A DNA stretch of 64,000 nucleotides from an uncultured virus (IMG/VR IMGVR_UViG_3300029914_000006) (taxonomy: Duplodnaviria > Heunggongvirae > Uroviricota > Caudoviricetes). Below, piece by piece: positions 38,349-46,820 of the stretch (the stretch's first letter is position 1; every line of letters starts with the position of its first letter). The stretch lies in the IMG/VR virus record IMGVR_UViG_3300029914_000006; one strand, 5' to 3'. Made by a program: the position numbers and the translations under genes. The notes below the pieces were generated by a model. That model searched no databases and had not been told where the DNA came from. It was given only the letters and a program-made list of their open reading frames with translations.

Positions 38349-38826
38349 CATCGCTTTGAACTGGGTTCTCGACAGCGAGGATCCGCAGCGCCAGTACAAG
38401 CAAGTCCCCGACGCTCCTCCGGGGGCATTCGCTATCAGTGGGATAAACTCGGTAGCCTACCCGAAGCAGTTCGATTACGTCGCGTCCATCCCCCAGGCGC
38501 AGCGCGGCCTGGATGTGGCGAACTTCTACCGGGCGGAGTTCTGGAACGAGTGGTACTCGCAACTTACGGACGACGAACTCGCCAAGCGCGTTCTGGACAT
38601 GGCGGTGAACGGTGGTCCGGCGACCGCAGTCAAGTTGCTCCAGCGCGCACTGGCGATCAAGGACGATGGTCTTTGGGGACCCAACACGGTGCACGAGGCG
38701 AACTCCGAGCCGAACATCGTCGCCATGTTCACCGCGGCGCGCGTGGAGAGGTACCAGAGGATCGCGGCGGCCAACCCGGCGAACGCGCATTACCTTCCGC
38801 AGTGGCTGGCTCGGGCAAGCAGGTAG
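38335..38826 (+). CDS. GH108-family endolysin
   Basis: SE..ISGIN..FYRAEFW..LDMAVNGG..AVKLLQRAL..DDGLWGPNT..WLARA. Confidence 0.88.
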   Translation: MASFDIALNWVLDSEDPQRQYKQVPDAPPGAFAISGINSVAYPKQFDYVASIPQAQRGLDVANFYRAEFWNEWYSQLTDDELAKRVLDMAVNGGPATAVKLLQRALAIKDDGLWGPNTVHEANSEPNIVAMFTAARVERYQRIAAANPANAHYLPQWLARASR

Positions 38827-38840
38827 AATCCACCAGAATT

Positions 38841-38871
38841 AAAGAGGCCGCCTTTCGGGGCGGCCTTTGTT
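38841..38871. terminator. Terminator hairpin between the convergent lysin and tRNA
   Basis: AGGCCGCCT-TTCG-GGGCGGCCT followed by TTGTT. Confidence 0.8.
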
Positions 38872-38874
38872 GCA

Positions 38875-38951
38875 TGGTGGGCCTTGTTGGGTTTGAACCA
38901 ACGACCTTCCCGTTATGAGCGGGCTGCTCTGACCAACTGAGCTAAAGGCCC
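38875..38951 (-). tRNA. tRNA with CAT anticodon, probably Ile2 (lysidine type)
   Basis: GGGCCTTTAGCTCAGTTGGTCAGAGCAGCCCGCTCATAACGGGAAGGTCGTTGGTTCAAACCCAACAAGGCCCACCA forms a cloverleaf with encoded CCA, C4-G69 and C5-G68. Confidence 0.93.
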
Positions 38952-38958
38952 ACGTAAA

Positions 38959-39654
38959 TCACTGCCCCCTCTGCATCAAATACATCTGAGCCCTCTGGAG
39001 CACTCCCTGCGCGGCGAAGATATCCATGTTGAGCGCCATGTCGATATTGTTGTTCGGATACACGCGGATCACCATCACGCCAGATAGTTCGTCTACATTG
39101 TCCATGGCCTTCATCAAGATCGACGAAGCCGAAGGCCGCACATTGCCGGCACTCGCCGCCAGGTCGCTGAGCGTCGGCGCTCGATCCTCGGTCTCCGCTG
39201 TCCCGACTGCTTGCTTGTCCCAGAATTCCTGACCGCGTTTCAGCATATCCTTCTCCGCAGCGTCCCTATCTTCCTGCCCCGCATTGCCGCCTTCCTGCCA
39301 CTGAATGGCTTCGGGGGATACCACGGCCTCACCTTGCGCCTCCGAAGCCGCCACGGTCGCCGCAGAGATCGCCTGGATGCTGATTCCTCCAAGCGGAAGA
39401 TAGGGACTCGTGATCACCGGCACGCCCAGCAGGTGCGTCAGTTCAAACTTCCGGTTGAGTAGCGCGTCGAGGAAGCGCGTCCACGACGACCGGCGCTTGA
39501 TTGACTTGACCGTCTCGGCCAAGATCATCCTGGTTGATTCGTTCATCAGGAGGGCGACCGGCGTGTTGCCTTCCATGAGGACTTGGTTGATCAGCATGTT
39601 GCACTTTTTGAGCATCGAAGGGCTTTGCATGGGAGTTCCTTTCTGGTTACTCAT
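38959..39654 (-). CDS. Hypothetical protein
   Basis: ORF coupled to the upstream gene; start uncertain. Confidence 0.55.
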   Translation of the reverse strand: MSNQKGTPMQSPSMLKKCNMLINQVLMEGNTPVALLMNESTRMILAETVKSIKRRSSWTRFLDALLNRKFELTHLLGVPVITSPYLPLGGISIQAISAATVAASEAQGEAVVSPEAIQWQEGGNAGQEDRDAAEKDMLKRGQEFWDKQAVGTAETEDRAPTLSDLAASAGNVRPSASSILMKAMDNVDELSGVMVIRVYPNNNIDMALNMDIFAAQGVLQRAQMYLMQRGQ

Positions 39655-40600
39655 CGTCTGATCCGAGTTTCTGAAAATCAGCAAGCAGTTCTGCCGGGAC
39701 AAATTCAGCGTAGATGCGGCTATAGTTCCATGTGCAGTCACGGAATACGCGGCCATCCCCATCCCAATTGACGATGTGGCTATTAATTTCGTCGTAGATG
39801 AGTTGATCGTCAGGTGTCTCAATAGTGAATCCATTCAGTCCACGTTCAGCATAATCTGGCCCATCACTCCAGTCGCCACGATTCTTTTCAAGGAAATACG
39901 CCAGGCGTAGGTACTTGTTCTTCTCAAGGAGAACATCGCGCATGTCGCTCATCTCGGTCTTCACCGGGTCGGATCCATACTTTAAGCAAAGCGCGATGCG
40001 GCGGCTCTCTGTCTCGACTCGCGTTCTCTTGGCGGACTCTTCTTGTTCTTCCTTCCGCTTCTCCGCGTCGATACTCTGTTGCCACTTCACGCACTGCTCT
40101 TGAAATGACTTGTAGCTACGCTCGCACTCAGGCCACATATCCACGGTGTGAACTCTGGATCCAAGATACTTCCAACCAGCGGGTTCCATCTCGGTCTTCG
40201 TGCGGCCCCGAACGGTGTATGACTTTTGAACTTGTGATGGAATGCCGGCGTTGGTGATCGACTCAAGAAGGAAGTTCACGATCCTCGCGTTCTCGGCGCA
40301 GATAGCCTGATTGTCCGGGATGAGCGCCTTCGACTCTTCGTAGACCTTGGCGGCGTGCGCCAGAGCCCTCTCGGGGGTGTTCTTCTGTGAACTCCATGAG
40401 TGATACTCGGGAGCCCCGACGTTCTGGTAGTGGGTTTGGTGTGTGAGCGCGTAGATCGGGTACGGCTTCGGATCTCGGATCTTTCCGGTTTGCGCGTCGA
40501 GTAAACCTTGAAGGCGAAGCAATTCGCTTTTGAATGCGGCGACGGCTTCGTCCATCCGGTCTGCCGAGTATTTCAATTTCCCGAGGTCTTTGTTTTCCAT
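39647..40600 (-). CDS. Hypothetical phage protein
   Basis: 317 aa from MENKD; AAGGA RBS. Confidence 0.7.
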   Translation of the reverse strand: MENKDLGKLKYSADRMDEAVAAFKSELLRLQGLLDAQTGKIRDPKPYPIYALTHQTHYQNVGAPEYHSWSSQKNTPERALAHAAKVYEESKALIPDNQAICAENARIVNFLLESITNAGIPSQVQKSYTVRGRTKTEMEPAGWKYLGSRVHTVDMWPECERSYKSFQEQCVKWQQSIDAEKRKEEQEESAKRTRVETESRRIALCLKYGSDPVKTEMSDMRDVLLEKNKYLRLAYFLEKNRGDWSDGPDYAERGLNGFTIETPDDQLIYDEINSHIVNWDGDGRVFRDCTWNYSRIYAEFVPAELLADFQKLGSDDE

Positions 40601-40757
40601 GATGCGAGTTCCTTTCAAGCAATCGGTTTGCCAAACTCTCGTTTGTGTGAAAATTATTCTGTTGAAAACTGCCATCAAAAATGATGTAAATCGATGCTTT
40701 TCCTACAATGATGGCACTAGGTAAGGTGCAAATGAAAAGCACGGAACAGGCTTTTCC

Positions 40758-40840
40758 CAACACCAACACCAACACCAATACCAATACCTTTCCTACGCCG
40801 ATGAATCGATATGGTTTGATATGGTTTGAAGTGGTTTGAA
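40758..40840. repeat. Iteron-like repeats: TGGTTTGA x3 (10-bp period) and CAAYAC x5
   Basis: Read directly at 40811-40840 and about 40758-40788. Confidence 0.7.
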
Positions 40841-41251
40841 AACAGTGTTGATTTTAAACGACTTACGTTTTTTGGTAGAAACGTACTCTTGTCGGTACGA
40901 CTCAAGTTCGCATTCGTCTGGGGGCGGCGTTCTCCTGTCGGCGGCAGTTTGATACTTGCTCAAATATGCTTTATCGGTGAGCCACTGTCCCCAAACAGAT
41001 CCGTCTGCCGCCTCGTAGACAAACAGGAGAAAGTTTTGGTTGTACTCTGACACCCAAGATGAAATCTGGTCCTCAGTGGGCTTCAAGCGAAACCCATGGT
41101 ACATGACGTTGATGATCTTGTTGTAGTCGAGTTCTATGCGCGCAAGTGAGTTGCTAGCAGTGAAGAAGCGGGGCCAATGAAGTTGGGCCTCGTCCGAGCA
41201 GTTTGCTAAACGTTCTCCGCTGAATAGTCCATCTGGACTGATGATTGCCAT
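40793..41251 (-). CDS. Short replication-initiator-like protein
   Basis: N-terminus resembles phage rep N-domains (LANCSDEAQL..LL..YE) and ends in iteron-like repeats. Confidence 0.5.
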   Translation of the reverse strand: MAIISPDGLFSGERLANCSDEAQLHWPRFFTASNSLARIELDYNKIINVMYHGFRLKPTEDQISSWVSEYNQNFLLFVYEAADGSVWGQWLTDKAYLSKYQTAADRRTPPPDECELESYRQEYVSTKKRKSFKINTVFKPLQTISNHIDSSA

Positions 41252-41356
41252 TGAGTCCTCTCAGTCACATCGGAACCCAGCGGACTGAGAGGAACGCTGG
41301 GTTCACGATGCAAAACCGCTTGGGGGCGGCGTCCGGTGGCCAGACCAGACGAAACC

Positions 41357-41408
41357 AGCCTACCACCAAAATTTCCCAATTGCAAGCGTTGCCTGTATGG
41401 CGTAATCT
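41357..41408. promoter_or_regulatory. Divergent promoters sharing one palindromic -35 element
   Basis: TTGCAA at 41380-41385; plus strand 17 nt then TAATCT, minus strand 17 nt then TAGGCT. Confidence 0.65.
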
Positions 41409-41414
41409 AGCGAC

Positions 41415-42020
41415 ATGAGCACTATCGGGGTTGTGGCAATCTCCCTATTTTGTGGCCTATTCCTGGCCGTTCTTTTGTCCGGTCTCGGCGTCCTGATCTG
41501 GTTGGCGATGAATCTCCGCAAGGCCCTGGCCGCGCTCCGGCTGGAAGCGGTTTCAGTCTCAAGTGAGACTCGCGCCGTGCTGGCGCAGTACCAGACGGAA
41601 CTAGCCCGGCAGATCGAATCGTCGAAGTCCTCGTTCGGGGTGATCCGCAATGACATGAAGGCTTTGCTGGACGAGCACCGCAAGAAGACCACCTCGACTC
41701 TTGAGGAGCACCGCCAGAAGATGCAGGCCGGAATCGACCGCATCAATGCCGACGCCTTGCAGGGGGCCGCGGCGCGCGCCATCCAGGCTTGCCTCCGGTT
41801 GGAGAAGGCAGTCGGCGTGATCCAGCAACTCTTCCTGAACACCGAGGAAAAGGTGACGCACGAGTACGGACCGGACGAGTTTGCGCCGGAGGAGACCGCC
41901 TTCAGTGGGCCGCCATCCGGGTACATGCAGAGCCAGACGGCGCGGTACGATGAGCAGGTGGAGCAGGTTCGGGATCCAGAAGAGTCCAACCAGTCCGAGT
42001 TGTTTGCACCGCAGGAGTAG
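41415..42020 (+). CDS. Membrane-anchored coiled-coil protein
   Basis: N-terminal TM followed by a coiled coil. Confidence 0.7.
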   Translation: MSTIGVVAISLFCGLFLAVLLSGLGVLIWLAMNLRKALAALRLEAVSVSSETRAVLAQYQTELARQIESSKSSFGVIRNDMKALLDEHRKKTTSTLEEHRQKMQAGIDRINADALQGAAARAIQACLRLEKAVGVIQQLFLNTEEKVTHEYGPDEFAPEETAFSGPPSGYMQSQTARYDEQVEQVRDPEESNQSELFAPQE

Positions 42021-42026
42021 TTCCCG

Positions 42027-42710
42027 ATGCCGAAGGCCGATTCCCGTAAGAAGCCGAAAATGGTAAAGTCGATGGCCCTTGTTCCGATCCCGCGCGAGAC
42101 GGGTAAGCGCGGCCGCCCGGCGCCCGGCGTTGCCGACCGGAAGCGGTGGGTGATGTTCAAAGTCCACGGCAAGCCTGTCGAGGAGATAGCCAACATCTGC
42201 CATTGCTCCCCCATCGCCGTACAGGAATCGATCGACTACATGGAGCAGTACCGGCTCTACTACTCGAACGACCTTCTGGAGACGAAGATCCGCGAGACGG
42301 CCATGGAGCGCATGGACGCGGTAGGAACGGTCTTCGATGGCGGGCTCAAGGCGAACAAGTCGGTCCAGCAGCGCGACGGCAGATCGAAGTCGATGCCCGA
42401 CTGGGGTACCAGGCTCAAGACGGTCGAGACGATGAAGAGCCTGATCGAGAGCGTCCAGCCGAAGGCGGCCGGAATCCAACTCAATCAGCAATTCAACAAC
42501 GGGCAGGGTGGCCCCGGATTCGGCCCTGGCCTGAGTTTTGAGGCGATGCTGCGCAAGAAGCGCGAAGCCGCCGGCATGGCGAACGATCAGGAAGCGGACA
42601 TCATCGACGCCGAGGTGAGCCAAGAGGACGAGATCGAGGACGAGTTCGCGGACTTTGGCGGCAGTGGAGATGACGACGAAGACGAAGAGGGAGACGAGCG
42701 TGCAGAGTGA
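42027..42710 (+). CDS. Probable terminase small subunit
   Basis: HTH (KPVEEIANICHCS), acidic tail, located upstream of terL. Confidence 0.6.
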   Translation: MPKADSRKKPKMVKSMALVPIPRETGKRGRPAPGVADRKRWVMFKVHGKPVEEIANICHCSPIAVQESIDYMEQYRLYYSNDLLETKIRETAMERMDAVGTVFDGGLKANKSVQQRDGRSKSMPDWGTRLKTVETMKSLIESVQPKAAGIQLNQQFNNGQGGPGFGPGLSFEAMLRKKREAAGMANDQEADIIDAEVSQEDEIEDEFADFGGSGDDDEDEEGDERAE

Positions 42711-42915
42711 GCAGATCGACAGCATCGTTGACCTTGCGGCCACCATCGCCAGCAAGGCCGACGATATCGAGGAAGTCATGGTTCTCTACACCTTGAAGTC
42801 CACAGGCAAGGGGTACTCTCTCGACAACGGAATGACCGTGGCCCAAGCCAACTTTCTGGTGGACAAGTTCAAGCACTGGATTTTTTCGTGCATGGTGAAG
42901 GAAGAGGAATAGGCG

Positions 42916-45054
42916 ATGCGCGTCCCGCGTAAGGACCAGACCTTGAACGACGCGATCGAAATCCTACAGGATCACTACATCCGGTGCGAGCAGAACAACG
43001 CCCGCGCCTGGGCGGAACTTCCTGCGGATGGTCTGGCCTTCATCGAGGCCGAAGTTGATAAGGCTCTCGACCTCCGCTACTACCTAGAAAACTATCACTT
43101 CATCACGACAGAGCGCGGCATCCTGAAGTCGCTCTACCCGTTCTGGGACCACCAGGAGATTGTGTACGAGGCGATGCAGGAGGAGTGGAACGAGAAGGGA
43201 TACTGCAAGGTCATCATCCTGAAACCCCGCCAGACGGGTATTTCAGTTTGGACGGCAGCTTCCATGTTCCACAGGACGATCTTCACTCCGCATTGCTTCA
43301 CGATGATCGTCGCGCAGAACGACAAGACTTCAGAGCATATTTACAAGATGAGCCTCAACGCATACGCAAACCTTCCATGGTGGATGCGACCCGAGTATGC
43401 GTACAAAACGAAGAACGGTGCTATTGAGTTCCAAAGGTCGGACGAGAAAGCTAGAGCAGTTGATCCAGGTCTAGGGTCTACACTACAAGTGTCTCCTGCA
43501 ACACAAACGAGTGGTGTGGCTATTGGTCGTTCAATCCGGGCATTGCACGCGAGTGAAGTTTCAAGGTGGCCTAATGACGAAATCTTCGAAGCTGACATTA
43601 AGCCGTCTATGAATGCTCATGATACATATCAAGTGTTTGAGTCAACTGGTTATGGTCGTCAAGGTTTGTTCTATGAGCAGTGGTGCGCAGCAGTAGATGG
43701 AGACAACGATATGCGCGCAGTGTTCATTCCTGTGTATAAGGTTCGCAAGTACTACATGCCGATCAAGGGTCCGTTCGACCTCGCGGAAGATGAGATTACC
43801 TTCAACGCGAAGATCAAGAAGGAAGAGCATTTTAGCATCCCCGATGAATTCTGGAACTTCCGCCGAAGCCGTATGCGCGCGGCGAAGCGTTCCGGCACCA
43901 AGGCGGGATTCCTTGAGTCGTACCCTCTGACCCCAACCGAGGCGTTCCAGTCTTCCGGCCTGTGCGCGTTTGATCGTGACTCGCTGGAATGGCAGGAGAC
44001 GACCAAGGTTTGCAAGCCAGTGTACGCCGGCGAGATCAACCTGATTTCGATTGCATCGAGCCGGGTGGATACCAGCGATCTGCGGGAAGTGAAGGATGAC
44101 GAGATTCTTCCGAGGCGCAAGTCTGGGCGCGGCGGGCGCCGGTTCCATGTCTGGGAGATGCCGGAAAAGGGGTCGACCTACTACGTTTCCGCTGACGTGG
44201 CGCTGGGCAACGGCGGCGATTACTCCGTCTGCATGGTGTGGCGCGCCGGGCACGGCATCGAGCCAGACACCCAAGTTGCGTCTTGGTGGGGTTGGATTCC
44301 CCCAAAGAAGTATGCGCACGTTGTCGCGGCTATCGGCCTGTTCTATGGCGAAGCCGAAGTGGCCGTTGAGTACATGAAGGATGGCATCACAACGGGCAAC
44401 GAGCTGCGCGACATGGATTACCCGAGCCTGTACCGTCCGCAGTACAAGGACCGCCTGACCCACCAGGCATCGAACTACCTCCACTGGCTGACCAACTCGA
44501 AGACGCGCGACGAGATTATTGGCTGCATGAATGAGGCGTTGCTCGACCAGACGGTGGTTATTCGCGATGCCGATCTTCTGGACGAGATGATTGACTTCGC
44601 CTCTATGGAAACTGGCGGCAGGTCCGAAGGCCAGGGCAACAATGATGACGGGCCAATGGCGGCCATGATCGGTCTGTACTGCCTTCGTGAGACAACGAAG
44701 CACCTGAAGACCACATCTGTCGCGCAGGACCGCAGCGCCGCCGGGCAGGTTGGCGAACTCTACATCTACGGCGTCTACGACAACATCATGCGGCAGCGCG
44801 GCCAGTACAACACCGAGGCCGAGGCGCAGAAGGCTATGGGTGGTAATCTCGGGTGGAGGGTCCAGCCGATCCTCGTGTGCAACGCTAACACAGTTTCTTC
44901 TCCCATCTTCGATGCCATGGGCCCTGAGTTTGAACTACACTCAAAGCACGGAATGCACTCAACGGAAATAACGCCTGATATCGTTTGGGCGTATAAGTCT
45001 GCGCTCGGAAACTATCGGGCGTCAGGTGGCGATGTGATGGATAATGATTGGTGA
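42916..45054 (+). CDS. terL: Terminase large subunit
   Basis: ILKPRQTGIS, LHASEVSRW, ESTGYG, YPLTP.EAF, ADVALG..DYS, NDD..MA. Confidence 0.95.
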   Translation: MRVPRKDQTLNDAIEILQDHYIRCEQNNARAWAELPADGLAFIEAEVDKALDLRYYLENYHFITTERGILKSLYPFWDHQEIVYEAMQEEWNEKGYCKVIILKPRQTGISVWTAASMFHRTIFTPHCFTMIVAQNDKTSEHIYKMSLNAYANLPWWMRPEYAYKTKNGAIEFQRSDEKARAVDPGLGSTLQVSPATQTSGVAIGRSIRALHASEVSRWPNDEIFEADIKPSMNAHDTYQVFESTGYGRQGLFYEQWCAAVDGDNDMRAVFIPVYKVRKYYMPIKGPFDLAEDEITFNAKIKKEEHFSIPDEFWNFRRSRMRAAKRSGTKAGFLESYPLTPTEAFQSSGLCAFDRDSLEWQETTKVCKPVYAGEINLISIASSRVDTSDLREVKDDEILPRRKSGRGGRRFHVWEMPEKGSTYYVSADVALGNGGDYSVCMVWRAGHGIEPDTQVASWWGWIPPKKYAHVVAAIGLFYGEAEVAVEYMKDGITTGNELRDMDYPSLYRPQYKDRLTHQASNYLHWLTNSKTRDEIIGCMNEALLDQTVVIRDADLLDEMIDFASMETGGRSEGQGNNDDGPMAAMIGLYCLRETTKHLKTTSVAQDRSAAGQVGELYIYGVYDNIMRQRGQYNTEAEAQKAMGGNLGWRVQPILVCNANTVSSPIFDAMGPEFELHSKHGMHSTEITPDIVWAYKSALGNYRASGGDVMDNDW

Positions 45055-45064
45055 GGAGACGAGA

Positions 45065-45901
45065 ATGGATACATGCATGAAGGGCCATCGTATTCGGTGG
45101 AGCGATAACGATCAACACTTTGGTCCGTTTATCTACTCGAAAAGCAAGTACAAAAACATAGCTCTTGTACTTGGGTCGGGAGATGATGAAGAGAGTGCTG
45201 GATGTAGGTTGCGTATCAGCGTTTATCGACACACCTTTATCCTGGAGCTTCCGGCTATTATTAAGCCATGGAAGCGTAAGGTCGTGGCTGAATCGTGGGA
45301 TGAATCTACCATTGCTCGACTCGGGCGAAATTGGTACTACGACTGCCACGAGCGCGAGTACGGGTTCTCTTACTCTGAGGGGTTCTTGAATGTTCTCCTC
45401 GGTCGCCAAACAGGTGATAGCAGCACGGAACAGCGTAAGGGATACTTTCTCCCATGGACTCAGTGGAAACATGTGCGTCACAGTTATTACGGACTGGACG
45501 GACGTCTTTACTGGACAGAGCCGCAAGTACTGTGGAGGGGGATGACTGTACAGCAGAATATCGACACGCACCGCTCCATATCGGAATCGCGGGACGCCTG
45601 CCCTATTCGTACTTTCTCTTTCGCTGATTTCGACGGCGAGCAGTTGACGGCAAAGACTAGAATCGAAGAGAGGGAGTGGCATCTCGGGACAGGATGGTTT
45701 TCATGGCTGCGTTTTTTCCGCAAGCCAAAGATTTGCCGTTCGCTCGATATTGCGTTTTCCGGAGAGACAGGAGAACGTAAGGGATCATGGAAGGGTGGAA
45801 CAGTTGGCCACTCCATTGAAATGACTACAGGCGAACTGCACGAATCGGCGTTTCGACGCTATTGCGACGAGCACAAGATGAAGTTCATCGAAACAACCTA
45901 A
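45065..45901 (+). CDS. Hypothetical phage protein
   Basis: Trp-rich ORF of about 278 aa with AGGAG RBS. Confidence 0.7.
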   Translation: MDTCMKGHRIRWSDNDQHFGPFIYSKSKYKNIALVLGSGDDEESAGCRLRISVYRHTFILELPAIIKPWKRKVVAESWDESTIARLGRNWYYDCHEREYGFSYSEGFLNVLLGRQTGDSSTEQRKGYFLPWTQWKHVRHSYYGLDGRLYWTEPQVLWRGMTVQQNIDTHRSISESRDACPIRTFSFADFDGEQLTAKTRIEEREWHLGTGWFSWLRFFRKPKICRSLDIAFSGETGERKGSWKGGTVGHSIEMTTGELHESAFRRYCDEHKMKFIETT

Positions 45902-45919
45902 CTGACGGAGACGAGAACA

Positions 45920-46291
45920 ATGGCTGACATTTTCACGCGGGCAGCAGAAGCCGCACATGAAGCGAACCGGGTGCTTTGCCTGGCTCTTGGAGATTCATCG
46001 CAACCAAAATGGGAAGATGCTCCGCAGTGGCAGAAAGATAGTGCCATTGTCGGCGTGCGTTTGATTAACAACAACCCCGCCACAACCCCCGAGCAGTCGC
46101 ATGAGTCGTGGTTGGCGCAGAAATCCGCCGATGGATGGAAGTTTGGAGCGGTCAAAAATCCCGAGACAAAAGAGCATCCCTGCTTCCGCCCCTATTCGGA
46201 ACTCCCCGAAGGACAGCGGTTGAAGGACGAGATGTTTGGCATTGTCGTCCGGTCTGTTCTTGGTATTCCTCTGGAGGCATCCAATGGCTGA
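45920..46291 (+). CDS. RyR-domain phage protein
   Basis: HESWLAQKSADGWKFG.VKN..KEHPC.RPYSELP..QRLKD. Confidence 0.85.
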   Translation: MADIFTRAAEAAHEANRVLCLALGDSSQPKWEDAPQWQKDSAIVGVRLINNNPATTPEQSHESWLAQKSADGWKFGAVKNPETKEHPCFRPYSELPEGQRLKDEMFGIVVRSVLGIPLEASNG

Positions 46292-46766
46292 TCGAGCGTT
46301 TATGTTTTGCCCTTTGTGTCGTGACAACGGGAGCCCGCGCATGGAGATGATGCGGGATTCCAGCAACCAATTCACCTGCCCGATGGGGCACAACATCCCC
46401 GGCGAACGCCTTCAGATGCTCAAACCGGAGATGATCAAGACGGAAGTCCTCTGGAAGCCGGGCAACGGCGACGTGAAGACCGAGGTCTGGATCAACCAGG
46501 AAGTTCTGATCAAGGCGAAAGAGGTTCTGGGGAATCGGTTCAACCCGACCATCGACTCCATTCTTCGGGCTTGCCTGACCGGCGACTACATCCTGATCGA
46601 TGGGCAGCAGGCGGCGAAGCTCAAGAAGTTGGGTATCCGGAACGGCGCCGAGATGGTGGCCGCGGCGGAAATGAACCAGAACCTTGCCGGTCAGAACGAG
46701 GATTTGACCAACCAGGTGATTCGCTGGGAGAACCGGGTAGCCGGGGCTCTGGCCAACCACGACTAA
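46284..46766 (+). CDS. Hypothetical zinc-finger protein
   Basis: CPLC...CPMGH; GGAGG RBS. Confidence 0.6.
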   Translation: MADRAFMFCPLCRDNGSPRMEMMRDSSNQFTCPMGHNIPGERLQMLKPEMIKTEVLWKPGNGDVKTEVWINQEVLIKAKEVLGNRFNPTIDSILRACLTGDYILIDGQQAAKLKKLGIRNGAEMVAAAEMNQNLAGQNEDLTNQVIRWENRVAGALANHD

Positions 46767-46820
46767 ATATCACTTTCCAAATGGCGAGTGAAACCCGCCA
46801 GATAAGGTAGACTGCGCACG

